From positions 105,405 to 129,404 of the forward strand of contig NZ_QRDZ01000024.1 in NCBI RefSeq assembly GCF_003386235.1: a stretch of 24,000 nt of DNA. Reading direction: 5' to 3'. The DNA comes from Cohnella phaseoli (GTDB lineage: Bacteria > Bacillota > Bacilli > Paenibacillales > Paenibacillaceae). Of this stretch, positions 7,432 through 17,384 are shown one piece after another. Position numbers and translations under genes: made by a program. Each line of letters opens with the position of its first letter. The stretch's first letter is position 1. Below the pieces are notes generated by a model. It was given only the letters and a program-made list of their open reading frames with translations, made no database searches and was not told the DNA's origin.

Positions 7432-10116
7432 CTAGCGTTCGGGTGCAGAGGAGACCATCATTCTTCGCCGCATCGCTCCGTCCGAAGAGATTCGATACTG
7501 AACCTCTCCGTCGGTATCGGTTCTCCAGATCAGGCTTCCCGCGCTTTCAAGGCGCTGCAGCACCGCCGGACTCGGATGCCCGTAAAAATTGTTGCGTCCG
7601 ACGGAAATGACCGTCTCCCTCGGCTTCCAGTAATCGACCCACAAGCCGGTCGTCGAGGTTTTGCTTCCGTGATGACCGGCTTTGAGCACGTCGATGGCGA
7701 TACGACGACGGCCTTGAGCGTTTACGGCCTTCTGCCCGGCGGCATGGCCCGCTTCCATGATCGAGTTCCCGTTGTCGGCACCCTCCGAATCTACGATCGC
7801 ACTGCCTAGGGCAGCGTACTCCGCATCCACGATCGCCATCTCTCCCCCCGCCTCTAAATCCCCGGGAAGCAGAAATCGACGTCCGTACAGCGTTGCCAGA
7901 ATAACGACACTCCGGTCATTCTGTTCGTCTCTAATCTCTACCGAAGCGTCAGAGTCGGCGTCCCTAGACTCAGAGGAAAGAATTCGAAGGACGGCGGAAG
8001 CATCGATCTGCCATTCGCCCGGTTTATTAGCGCCGTAGACCGGAATGCTCTTGTTTGCCGCCATTTGCATAAGCGCCAAAGCTCCGGGCGAATCTTTCAA
8101 CGTACCGTTGAACAGCAGCGCGCGTACTGGAATATTGTCAAGCACTGCACTCGCGCCTCCGATATGGTCCGCATCCATATGAGTGAGCACAAGCGCGTCG
8201 AGCTGCCCGACTCCTCTGCGAAGCAGCAGCGGAACGAGCAGTTTCCTTCCGACCTCATACGGATCGCTCCGTTCCCGCCATTCCTCTCCGGGCTTACGGA
8301 AGCTGACCGTTCCTCCCGCGTCGATCAGAATATGCTTGCCGTAGCCCGTCCGAATAAGAATACTGTCGCCCTGCCCAACGTTAAGGAAAGACACTTGAGC
8401 TTCGCGGTCCAGCCAGGCCGGTTGCGCTCCCCATACGAGCCATGCGGCGAGAGCCGCTCCAAACCCGGCGCGCCTCAGCAAGGATCGGACTTTTTCCGCG
8501 CGATTCGCGCCAGGCAAAGAACGATCCAGCGGTATAGTTGCCTCCCCCTCCGACAATCTCTCCTGCCCGCTCCACCACTCGCGCTCCCGAAGTCGACGAG
8601 AACGGCGCCTCATCCCCGCAAGGGCAACTCCCATTAGCGCGTATGCGCATACGACCCAAGCCAGCGAGGGCTGCGGCCATACCGTCCTCCATCCGGAAAA
8701 ACCGCTTAGCCAGTCCACGGCCACAAACGTCAAATCGTTGCCCAGCGTCGCCAGCTTAGCCGGCCATATTCCGAGCGGATACCAGATCGCGCCTAATACG
8801 ATTGAGGCCATACCCAAGGGCATTACGATAACGCTTATAAAAGGAACTAACGCAAAGTTAGCCGGAAGAGACAGCAAATGCATCGAGTGGAAATAGTAGA
8901 CCGAAACCGGAAAGGAAACGATTTGCGCCGTCACGGTAACGGAAATCGCTCCCTTCAGCCAGCCCCAATTAATCGAAATTAGCTCGGATACCGCCGGCAC
9001 AAACAAGATCAATCCCCCCGTAACGATAAAGGACAGCTGAAAGCTGACGTCTTCGATCAGCAGCGGATTCCAGATCAGCATGACCATCGCCGCGGCGAAC
9101 AGCAGATGAAGACCGTCCTTCAATGCGTTGCGTCGAGCTAGAGTGAGCGCGATCATCGCCATCAGACAGGCACGTACGACAGACGGCGACGCTCCTGTCA
9201 GCAGCATGTAAACCGGCATCATCGCAATGGTCAATTCAAGCGACCGTTCGCGAGTCAGTCTCAACAAGCTGCCGATTTGCAGCAGCAAATAAACAATAAC
9301 AGCTACATGCAGCCCTGATATAGCGAGAATATGCGTCAGCCCGAGCCGCGCGAATTGATCGAACTGGATCGGATCAAGATCGGAGCGGATGCCAACGACC
9401 AGGCCCTTCATATATCCCGCATCCCCGTTAGGAAATAGGCGATCAGTCAGTTTGCCGATCTGTTCTCTCACGTCGTCCAGCAGACGCAGCGGCTTTATCC
9501 AGAGGGGAGGCGGCCCGTTGTCGATCTCGACCCTATCGGCACCTTTAACGGAAAGCTGCCAGAAGACGCCTTGTTTCATTAGATAACGGCGATAATCGAA
9601 TGCTCCGAAATTGCCGGCCTCACCGGGAAGCTCCATCATACCGGACACTTGAACGCTGTCCCCCCGCTTCCATGCGGCTGCCGTTTGCTGCTCCGACAGT
9701 GCGGCCAGCTTTACTCGGACGATGACTTCCAGTTTCACTCGTCTCTCCTCAAACCCGTCTCCTTTGATCGTTGCAGCTTTTAATCTGAATGTCGCCAAAT
9801 CGCCGTCCACTTCCACAACGGAGACGAGCCTGCCCGCAAGCTCGACCGCTCCGCCGCTTTTCGCAACCTCGTTATCAACTCGAACGTCCGGAAGAAAACT
9901 CTGATCCGTCCACGCGCGCTCTCCATAAGCAAGCACCAATGCCGCTGCGCAAATAAGCGCAAGCTTGGGCGTCGCCATCCCGGCAACAGCCAGACCCAGC
10001 AAGGCTATCAGCAGCGCTGCCAATGCCCATACGGCCTCTTTTCCGGAGAACAAGGATAGTAGCGCAGTTCCTGCGATCCAACAGCTGGCGACCGCAATCA
10101 ACGGCCTTTGATTCAT
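7432..10116 (-). CDS. comEC: DNA internalization competence protein ComEC/Rec2
   Basis: 894-aa polytopic membrane protein with an N-terminal OB-like region, a competence (transmembrane) domain and a C-terminal metallo-beta-lactamase domain (VLTHMDADHIGG ... KAGHHGSKTS). AAGGAGGAGG lies 7 nt upstream of the ATG. Confidence 0.93.
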   Translation of the reverse strand: MNQRPLIAVASCWIAGTALLSLFSGKEAVWALAALLIALLGLAVAGMATPKLALICAAALVLAYGERAWTDQSFLPDVRVDNEVAKSGGAVELAGRLVSVVEVDGDLATFRLKAATIKGDGFEERRVKLEVIVRVKLAALSEQQTAAAWKRGDSVQVSGMMELPGEAGNFGAFDYRRYLMKQGVFWQLSVKGADRVEIDNGPPPLWIKPLRLLDDVREQIGKLTDRLFPNGDAGYMKGLVVGIRSDLDPIQFDQFARLGLTHILAISGLHVAVIVYLLLQIGSLLRLTRERSLELTIAMMPVYMLLTGASPSVVRACLMAMIALTLARRNALKDGLHLLFAAAMVMLIWNPLLIEDVSFQLSFIVTGGLILFVPAVSELISINWGWLKGAISVTVTAQIVSFPVSVYYFHSMHLLSLPANFALVPFISVIVMPLGMASIVLGAIWYPLGIWPAKLATLGNDLTFVAVDWLSGFSGWRTVWPQPSLAWVVCAYALMGVALAGMRRRSRRLREREWWSGQERLSEGEATIPLDRSLPGANRAEKVRSLLRRAGFGAALAAWLVWGAQPAWLDREAQVSFLNVGQGDSILIRTGYGKHILIDAGGTVSFRKPGEEWRERSDPYEVGRKLLVPLLLRRGVGQLDALVLTHMDADHIGGASAVLDNIPVRALLFNGTLKDSPGALALMQMAANKSIPVYGANKPGEWQIDASAVLRILSSESRDADSDASVEIRDEQNDRSVVILATLYGRRFLLPGDLEAGGEMAIVDAEYAALGSAIVDSEGADNGNSIMEAGHAAGQKAVNAQGRRRIAIDVLKAGHHGSKTSTTGLWVDYWKPRETVISVGRNNFYGHPSPAVLQRLESAGSLIWRTDTDGEVQYRISSDGAMRRRMMVSSAPER

Positions 10117-10136
10117 TTTCGCACCTCCTCCTTGAA

Positions 10137-10190
10137 CACAAAAAACACCTCCCCGCAGAGCATTACGCTCGGCGAAGAGGTGCTTCCTCT
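10137..10190 (-). repeat. Direct repeat copy A: terminator hairpin + U6, 6 nt upstream of the comEC SD
   Basis: CAC-A6-CACCTCCCCGCAGAGCATTACGCTCGGCGAAGAGGTGCTTCCTCT. On the minus strand CACCUCUUCGCCGAGC (10182-10167) pairs with GCUCUGCGGGGAGGUG (10161-10146) around a 5-nt loop, followed by U6 (10145-10140). Identical to 10824-10879 except for A-run length. Confidence 0.9.
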
Positions 10191-10353
10191 AACTTGTATT
10201 GCTGAAAAAGCCAAAGATAGCTTAGTTCCGGATGCGGATGACGAGAAGGATAGCCGGGTGACAATCCGGATCTCCTAACCGCGATTACTCGCAGGGCGTG
10301 GGCTGCCTGTTCCCACCTCTGCTCCTTCTCTACTCCATTTTATGCATGTATCT
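10191..10353 (-). promoter_or_regulatory. Unclassified structured 5' leader RNA candidate between the 10360-10388 promoter and terminator copy A
   Basis: Hand fold: perfect 8-bp helix GAGAAGGA (10330-10323) / UCCUUCUC (10250-10243) encloses three hairpins. These are GUGGG/CCCAC (10316-10298), CUGCGA-GUAA-UCGCGG (10294-10279, GNRA loop) and CCGG/CCGG (10269-10054 is not meant; span is 10269-10254). No ORF with a convincing start. Not recognisable as any riboswitch class I know. Confidence 0.35.
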
Positions 10354-10359
10354 CACTTC

Positions 10360-10388
10360 ATTATAGCTAAGAAAATTTTCCTGTGCAA
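10360..10388 (-). promoter_or_regulatory. Near-consensus sigma-A promoter, TTGCAC-N17-TATAAT, facing comEC
   Basis: Minus-strand -35 TTGCAC (10388-10383), exact 17-nt spacer, -10 TATAAT (10365-10360). It starts 9 nt after the stop codon of the 10397-10792 gene. Confidence 0.65.
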
Positions 10389-10396
10389 CTCGGTAA

Positions 10397-10792
10397 TTAG
10401 CCTAATTCTACCGTTCCTTGCTCGGGATCTTCATATACTTTCAGGTAGCCTTTGGTTTTATAATGATGCCATTTTTCTTCAGACATAATAAACAAAGTTC
10501 GCGCAAAATAATTCCCGCTGACTGATATACGCACCGCTACCAATACTCGTTTGCGTACACTTTCAATCTCCTTGATATACTGGATTGAGCCGTCACTGGG
10601 ATGCAACGAAACATAATTAGGACAAAGTATAATTTCCTCGAGTAAGTGACCAAAGCTCGCGTAATCGCTCCCATGCTTTGCGATCATGTGGCATACATTC
10701 TGCCTGCCGCAAAAAATAGGAGTTCCAGTCGGAACAGATAAGCCGAGCAAATCTATTTCTCTTTGCTTAATCTCTCCCACTTTTTCCGCCAA
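10397..10792 (-). CDS. Hypothetical 131-aa protein; resembles small PBECR-type (phage Barnase-EndoU-ColicinE5/D-RelE-like) nuclease proteins
   Basis: TTG start with TAAGGAGGA (10808-10800) 7 nt upstream, and an in-frame TGA 10 codons upstream. Clearly AT-richer than its neighbours. The pattern ...IFCGRQNVCHMIAKHGSDYASF...IILCPNYV...SIQYIKE...VLVAVRISVSGNYFARTLF matches the H-x4-H...DY...P(D/N)Y(I/V)...V.V.(L/R) layout I recall for these nucleases. Family call is from recall, not a search. Confidence 0.55.
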   Translation of the reverse strand: MAEKVGEIKQREIDLLGLSVPTGTPIFCGRQNVCHMIAKHGSDYASFGHLLEEIILCPNYVSLHPSDGSIQYIKEIESVRKRVLVAVRISVSGNYFARTLFIMSEEKWHHYKTKGYLKVYEDPEQGTVELG

Positions 10793-10823
10793 ATGCTCGT
10801 CCTCCTTACTCGCAACCTCATTT

Positions 10824-10879
10824 CACAAAAAAAACACCTCCCCGCAGAGCATTACGCTCGGCGAAGAGGTGCTTCCTCT
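10824..10879 (-). repeat. Direct repeat copy B: terminator hairpin + U8 downstream of comEB
   Basis: Same sequence as 10137-10190 but with A8 instead of A6. Lies 23 nt after the comEB stop. The U-tract ends 18 nt before the SD of the 10397-10792 gene. Weaker similarity continues to about 10892 (TGTATCGCT versus TGTATTGCT at 10195-10203). Confidence 0.9.
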
Positions 10880-10901
10880 CCTGCTGTATCGCTATTGTAA
10901 A

Positions 10902-11414
10902 CTATGAACCGTCTTGAACCTCGGTGTCCGCGGGAGGAGTGTAGTTGTCCAGCTTGCGGAAAATCAGCCCCCGCTGCTCCATCAGCGCGGCGACCTTGTC
11001 ATAATCCTTCGGATACGGCCTGTAGTAGACGATTTCCGCAATGCCGCTGTTCGCGAGCATGTTCGCGCAAGTCCAGCAAGGCTGATCCGTCACGTATACG
11101 ACGGAGCCTTCCCGATCGACGCGGTCGGTGAACAACAGCAGGTTTTGTTCCGCATGAATCGTCCGAATGCAGCGCTGCTTCTTGATCATTTCCGTGGAGC
11201 CCGCCGGAGCGGGCTCGAACTCTTCCACGATCATGCAGCCTGCTTCCGAGCAATCCTGCACGCCCATCGGAGCGCCGTTGTAAGCTGTACCCAGCAGCTT
11301 TTTGCCCTGCACGAGCACCGTGCCCACATGGCGTCTTGGACAGCGCGAACGGGTCGAAACCATAAAAGCGATGTCCATAAAATACGTATCCCAGTCTTTG
11401 CGCAAGTCTGTCAC
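10902..11414 (-). CDS. comEB: dCMP deaminase ComEB
   Basis: Cytidine/deoxycytidylate deaminase zinc motifs HAEQN and PCWTCANML. The N-terminus KDWDTYFMDIAFMVSTRSRC aligns with B. subtilis ComEB ISWNQYFMAQSHLLALRSTC. The track start is GTG 11414; TTG at 11405 has better spacing to AGGAAGG. Confidence 0.92.
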   Translation of the reverse strand: MTDLRKDWDTYFMDIAFMVSTRSRCPRRHVGTVLVQGKKLLGTAYNGAPMGVQDCSEAGCMIVEEFEPAPAGSTEMIKKQRCIRTIHAEQNLLLFTDRVDREGSVVYVTDQPCWTCANMLANSGIAEIVYYRPYPKDYDKVAALMEQRGLIFRKLDNYTPPADTEVQDGS

Positions 11415-11443
11415 CTTCCTGCTTGCGCTCCGGCGCTTGCCAA

Positions 11444-12751
<1,308 letters not shown>

Positions 12752-12828
12752 TTAATTTGAATGATTTGATAGATTTCCCTCCCATTCTCTCATAAATTAT
12801 GGTCAAAGTAAAAGCTATCCTCGGGTTT

Positions 12829-13386
12829 TTATTTTGCTGCTGCGACATGGACGAGACCTGACAGATGTTCGAAAACTTTGGGGCCGATTCCCTTAACGTC
12901 CAGAAGCTGCTCCACCCTGCGGAAACCGCCGATTTTATCCCGATGCGCGAGGATGGCCTTCGCCTTCGAGGGACCGATGCCCGGCAGCGCATCCAAATCG
13001 GCCTCCGTCGCTCTGTTCAAGTCCAACGTTCCTGGACTGGCTTCGCGAGGAGTTTCTTCGCCGACTTCGGCAGCGGGACTAGAGGATGCAGGGCTGGGCG
13101 TTTGGCTGGAAATCGGGCTCGGCGGCTGGCTCGGTTGGTCAGTCGATTGGTCAGTTCCTTGTCCCGCCGTCAAATCGGCCGCTGCCTGCCTCTCCTCGCC
13201 CTCGACTTCCGAAGGAGAGGCAAGCGAGCCAATCGCTTCCTGCAAAGCTTCGTTGACCGGTGTCCAGCCCTCAATCCCCTGCTCCCTAGACTCGCGGAAC
13301 AAGACAAAGCACAGAAGCGCAACCGCAATGGCAAACAGAGCGGCGGCCCATGTTTTCCGCATGCGAAACATGTTATTTTTATGCAT
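12829..13386 (-). CDS. comEA: Competence protein ComEA (membrane-anchored helix-hairpin-helix DNA receptor)
   Basis: 185 aa from ATG 13386, which has AAAGGAGGA 9 nt upstream; the track start at 13542 adds 52 implausible residues. TM anchor (AAALFAIAVALLCFVLF), Ser/Pro linker, and C-terminal HhH LDLNRATEADLDALPGIGPSKAKAILAHR...VKGIGPKVFE. Confidence 0.9.
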   Translation of the reverse strand: MHKNNMFRMRKTWAAALFAIAVALLCFVLFRESREQGIEGWTPVNEALQEAIGSLASPSEVEGEERQAAADLTAGQGTDQSTDQPSQPPSPISSQTPSPASSSPAAEVGEETPREASPGTLDLNRATEADLDALPGIGPSKAKAILAHRDKIGGFRRVEQLLDVKGIGPKVFEHLSGLVHVAAAK

Positions 13387-13566
13387 ATTTTTGTATCCTC
13401 CTTTGCTTTTTTCGCATAAATATATGAAAAATCGTTCATGACGGCCAAGCACGCTTTCATACAATGAAATGCGGATGCGAATGCCGACGCCTTCTATACG
13501 ATGGCGGGAGCGATTGTTCCCGAAAGCTTGACGGATTGCCAAAACCTTGCTGTAGGAGGGACCAGG

Positions 13567-14400
13567 ATGAAGATCGGCTTCATCGGGGCCGGTAGCATGG
13601 GAAGCTTACTGGTGGGAGCCTTCGTACGCTCCGGCGCGATGCGGCCGGACGATATCGTCGTCAGCTCCCGTACGCCATCCAAGCTGTCCGCTCTGGCCGA
13701 GCAGTATCCCGGCCTTCATATCGCCGCTTCGAACAGGGAAGCCGCGATTGGGGCCGATTATTTGTTTTTGTGCGTAAAGCCGTTGGATTTCCGAAGGGTG
13801 CTGGAAGAGATCGCACCCGTATTGACCGCGAGGCAAATCGTCGTCTCGATCACAAGCCCCGTGAAAGTCGCCTCATTGGAAGAGCTGACGCCCAGCAAAG
13901 TGGCCAAAATTATCCCCAGCGTCGTGAACGCCGTCGGCAGCGGAGCCTCGCTCGTCATGTGGGGCACCCGACTGACCGAGGACGATAAACAGGAGCTCTG
14001 GCAATTGTTTTCCTCCATCAGCCGTCCGATTTGCGTCCCGGAAGACGAAGTTCGCGTCGCATCGGACTTGTCCAGCTGCGGGCCGGCTTTTATGGCATGC
14101 CTGCTGGAACAGTTTATCGATGCCGCCGTTCTATCTGCGGGAATGGAACGGGAGACGGCAACCGCCCTCGCCTGCGAAATGATGCTGGGAACCGCCCGTC
14201 TGATGCTGGAGCTTCCCTGTACCCCGGCAGAACTTCAAGCGCGAGTGTCTGTACCGGGCGGCATAACGGCCGTCGCGCTGGAGTCGCTGCGCAAGTCGAC
14301 GCGAGGAGCGTTCTTGCAAGTGTTGTATACGACGCACGAGAAGTTTGCCGAAGATCTCGACCGCGTTGATTCCTCCCTTTTTCCCCGCGAGCGCACATAG
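13567..14400 (+). CDS. comER: Late competence protein ComER (pyrroline-5-carboxylate reductase-like)
   Basis: 277 aa from ATG 13567, with GGAGGG upstream. Rossmann motif MKIGFIGAGSMG. Divergently transcribed from comEA as in B. subtilis. Confidence 0.8.
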   Translation: MKIGFIGAGSMGSLLVGAFVRSGAMRPDDIVVSSRTPSKLSALAEQYPGLHIAASNREAAIGADYLFLCVKPLDFRRVLEEIAPVLTARQIVVSITSPVKVASLEELTPSKVAKIIPSVVNAVGSGASLVMWGTRLTEDDKQELWQLFSSISRPICVPEDEVRVASDLSSCGPAFMACLLEQFIDAAVLSAGMERETATALACEMMLGTARLMLELPCTPAELQARVSVPGGITAVALESLRKSTRGAFLQVLYTTHEKFAEDLDRVDSSLFPRERT

Positions 14401-14453
14401 CCGCGGGGTCGGAGGGCTGCCTTCACGCTCCCCTCTCCACCGTTATATAGGCT

Positions 14454-14502
14454 AAAATAAAAACGCCGCCTGCTCCGTCATAATGACGGAGTCAAGCGGC
14501 GT
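14454..14502 (-). terminator. leuS intrinsic terminator
   Basis: Minus-strand compound hairpin (ACGCCGC/GCGGCGU outer helix, CUCCGUCA/UGACGGAG inner helix) followed by U5-A-U4 (14463-14454), 40 nt after the leuS stop. Confidence 0.85.
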
Positions 14503-14541
14503 GTGCTTCACGCTGCAATCGTTCTATTGTTTGTTTCGAGG

Positions 14542-16977
14542 TTAATTGGCGACAATGTTGACGAGCTTGCCTTTGACCGCGATCACCTTGCGAATCGTCT
14601 TGCCGGCAATCGCCTCTTGCACCTTCTCGGCTTCCAGCGCCTGCGCCTGCATGCCCGCTTCGTCCAGATCGGCGGCGATCTTCAGACGTTCGGCGATTTT
14701 GCCGTTTACCTGCACGACGATCTCGACTTCCGCATCCACCGTAAGCGCTGCGTCGTACTGCGGCCAAGAAGCGTAAGTGACGGACTCGGAATGGCCAAGC
14801 TTCTCCCACAGCTCTTCCGTAATATGCGGCGCGATCGGGGACAGCATTTGCACGAAGTCCTCCATCGCTTTTTTCGGCAGCACTTCCGTTTTGTAAGCTT
14901 CGTTGACGAAAATCATCATCTGGCTGATCGCCGTGTTAAAGCGCAAGCCCTCGTAATCCTCGCCGACCTTCTTCAGGCTCTTGTGCCAAATCCGACGGAA
15001 CGCATCGTCTCCGTCGACTTCCTGGATCTTGGCGTTCAAGTTGCCGTTATCGTCGACGAACAGACGCCATACGCGAGCGAGGAAGCGGAACACGCCTTCC
15101 ACGCCGTTGGTATTCCAAGGCTTTGTCGCTTCCAGAGGTCCCATGAACATCTCGTACATCCGCAGCGTATCGGCGCCGAATTCGCCGACGATGTCGTCCG
15201 GGTTAATGACGTTGCCGCGGGATTTGGACATTTTCTCGTTGTTCGTGCCGAGAATCATCCCTTGGTTAACGAGCTTGTGGAACGGCTCCTTCGTGCTCAC
15301 GACGCCGAGATCGTACAGCACCTTATGCCAGAAACGCGCATACAGCAAATGAAGAACCGCATGCTCCGCGCCGCCGATGTACAGATCGACCGGCAGCCAC
15401 TCGCGCTGCTTCTCCGGCGAGCAGATTTCCTTGTCGTTCTTCGGATCGATGAAGCGCAGATAATACCAGCAGCTTCCCGCCCATTGCGGCATCGTATTCG
15501 TCTCGCGGCGGGCTTGGCGGCCGTTGCGCGGATCGACGACGTTGACCCATTCCGTCACATTGGCAAGCGGAGACTCGCCTGTACCGGAAGGCTGGATCGC
15601 GTCCACGTCCGGCAGCAGCAGCGGCAAATCCTCTTCCGGAACGGTGTCCATCGTGCCGTCCTCGTAGTGGAGTACCGGAATCGGCTCGCCCCAATAACGC
15701 TGGCGGCTGAACAGCCAGTCGCGCAGACGGTACGTGACTTTGCCTTTCCCCGTGCCCGCCTGTTCCAGGTGGGCGATCATCGCTTGGATCGCTTCCGCAG
15801 TTCCCATACCGTTCAGGAACTCGGAATTAACCAGCTTGCCGTCGCCCGAATAGGCCGCTTCCTCTACGTTCCCGCCCGCCACGACTTCCTTGATCGACAG
15901 ATCGAATTTCTTCGCAAACTCCCAGTCGCGCTCGTCGTGGCCCGGAACGGCCATGATTGCGCCCGTGCCGTAGCCGCCGAGCACGTAGTCGGCGATCCAG
16001 ATCGGCACCTTGACGCCGTTCACCGGATTGACGGCATAAGCGCCGGTAAATACGCCGCTCTTGTCTTTGGCCAGATCCGTTCGCTCCAAGTCGCTCTTGC
16101 GAGCCGCTTGCTCGACGTACGCTTCGACGGCCGCTTGCTGCTCGGCGGTCGTAATCGAACCGACCAGTTCATGCTCGGGAGCGAGCACGCAATACGTCGC
16201 TCCGAACAGCGTGTCTGGACGCGTCGTGAATACGGTCAGCGCCGCGCCATGGCCGTCGATGGCGAACGTCACTTCCGCGCCGGTCGACTTGCCGATCCAG
16301 TTGCGCTGCATATCCTTGATGCTTTCCGACCAGTCCAGCTCTTCCAAATCTTCAAGCAGGCGTTCGGCGTACTCGGTAATTTTGAGCATCCATTGGCGCA
16401 TCGGCTTGCGGATCACCGGATGGCCGCCGCGCTCGCTCAGCCCGTCAATGACCTCTTCGTTGGCCAGCACCGTGCCGAGCGCCGGACACCAGTTAACCGG
16501 CACTTCCGCCACGTAAGCGAGCCCTTTTTTGTACAGTTGGATAAAAATCCACTGCGTCCACTTATAATAGTCCGGGTCCGTCGTGCTAAACTCCCGGTCC
16601 CAATCGTAGGAGAAACCGAGCGACTTGATCTGGCGACGGAAATTGTCGATGTTCTCGAACGTAATTTCGCGCGGATGACGCCCCGTCTGCAGCGCGTATT
16701 GCTCGGCCGGCAAGCCGAACGCGTCCCAGCCCATCGGGTGCAGCACGTTGAAGCCCTTCATCCTCTTAAAACGGCTGACGATATCGGTCGCCGTATAGCC
16801 TTCCGGGTGGCCGACGTGAAGTCCCGCCCCCGATGGATAGGGGAACATGTCAAGCGCGTAGAATTTCGGCTTGCCCGCATCCTCCGTCGTCTTAAACGTC
16901 TTGTTCTCGTCCCAATATTTTTGCCACTTCGGTTCGATTTTCTGCGGCTGATAACCTTGACCTTGCTCCTGTGCCAT
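14542..16977 (-). CDS. leuS: Leucine--tRNA ligase
   Basis: 811 aa with class I signatures ([21 protein letters not shown]) and a typical LeuRS N-terminus [20 protein letters not shown]. Preceded by a Leu T-box. Confidence 0.97.
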   Translation of the reverse strand: MAQEQGQGYQPQKIEPKWQKYWDENKTFKTTEDAGKPKFYALDMFPYPSGAGLHVGHPEGYTATDIVSRFKRMKGFNVLHPMGWDAFGLPAEQYALQTGRHPREITFENIDNFRRQIKSLGFSYDWDREFSTTDPDYYKWTQWIFIQLYKKGLAYVAEVPVNWCPALGTVLANEEVIDGLSERGGHPVIRKPMRQWMLKITEYAERLLEDLEELDWSESIKDMQRNWIGKSTGAEVTFAIDGHGAALTVFTTRPDTLFGATYCVLAPEHELVGSITTAEQQAAVEAYVEQAARKSDLERTDLAKDKSGVFTGAYAVNPVNGVKVPIWIADYVLGGYGTGAIMAVPGHDERDWEFAKKFDLSIKEVVAGGNVEEAAYSGDGKLVNSEFLNGMGTAEAIQAMIAHLEQAGTGKGKVTYRLRDWLFSRQRYWGEPIPVLHYEDGTMDTVPEEDLPLLLPDVDAIQPSGTGESPLANVTEWVNVVDPRNGRQARRETNTMPQWAGSCWYYLRFIDPKNDKEICSPEKQREWLPVDLYIGGAEHAVLHLLYARFWHKVLYDLGVVSTKEPFHKLVNQGMILGTNNEKMSKSRGNVINPDDIVGEFGADTLRMYEMFMGPLEATKPWNTNGVEGVFRFLARVWRLFVDDNGNLNAKIQEVDGDDAFRRIWHKSLKKVGEDYEGLRFNTAISQMMIFVNEAYKTEVLPKKAMEDFVQMLSPIAPHITEELWEKLGHSESVTYASWPQYDAALTVDAEVEIVVQVNGKIAERLKIAADLDEAGMQAQALEAEKVQEAIAGKTIRKVIAVKGKLVNIVAN

Positions 16978-16999
16978 GTCGATTAACTCCCTTTGTCAG

Positions 17000-17286
17000 A
17001 AAAAATAAAAAAGCTCCCGCCCCCAGCGTTGTCGCTAGGGACGAGAGCGTCATCTCCCGTGGTACCACCCTAGTTGACGGCAATCCTGCTTGGATGTCCG
17101 CCCACTCTGCCTCGTAACGAGAGGTAACGCCTTGCCTACTTGATCCATATTCGCATAAGCGAAGAGAAATCCGTTCGGTTCGGAGGCTCCAAGGCGAGTT
17201 CGTCGCAGTCGCTAACCGGCTCGCACCTTCCGCCGGCTCTCTGAATAACGTCACGCGATTACTGTTCCTTTTCATAGCCAAAGTAT
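17000..17286 (-). promoter_or_regulatory. T-box riboswitch leader (tRNA-Leu, specifier CUC) controlling leuS
   Basis: Minus strand shows AGUA and AGAGAG boxes, a distal-loop GGUGCGA, and a specifier loop GAA-CUC-G (CUC at 17198-17196). The T-box sequence AACUAGGGUGGUACCACGGGAG lies at 17075-17054. A terminator hairpin (17047-17013) plus a U-run (17012-17000) ends about 10 nt before the leuS SD. Confidence 0.9.
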
Positions 17287-17292
17287 GCCATG

Positions 17293-17321
17293 ATTATAGC
17301 CATTCGCGCGATCCGTGTCAA
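17293..17321 (-). promoter_or_regulatory. Consensus sigma-A promoter of the leuS T-box leader, TTGACA-N17-TATAAT
   Basis: Minus-strand TTGACA (17321-17316), 17-nt spacer, TATAAT (17298-17293). Confidence 0.8.
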
Positions 17322-17384
17322 GCAGATGCGGATAGACGCCGACGTCTCGACAAAGTCTCTAACTGCGGCTCGATGAAGCAACCG

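Noticed and set aside
10137-10879. Integron attC sites or a IS/MITE interpretation of the two repeat copies
   Set aside because: There are no RYYYAAC/GTTRRRY core sites, no terminal inverted repeats distinct from the hairpin, no short target-site duplication and no integrase or transposase in the window. The repeats read as a duplicated terminator.
12752-12828. Expected SAM (S-box) riboswitch upstream of the sulfhydrylase gene
   Set aside because: The spacer is only 77 nt and contains none of the S-box conserved helices. The absence is reported as a finding, not as a feature.
13469-13486. Three tandem hexamers ATGCGG-ATGCGA-ATGCCG in the comEA/comER divergent region; also looked for ComK boxes (AAAA-N5-TTTT)
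   Set aside because: The hexamers are degenerate and short, and no properly spaced ComK-box pair was found. There is not enough evidence to call a regulatory site.
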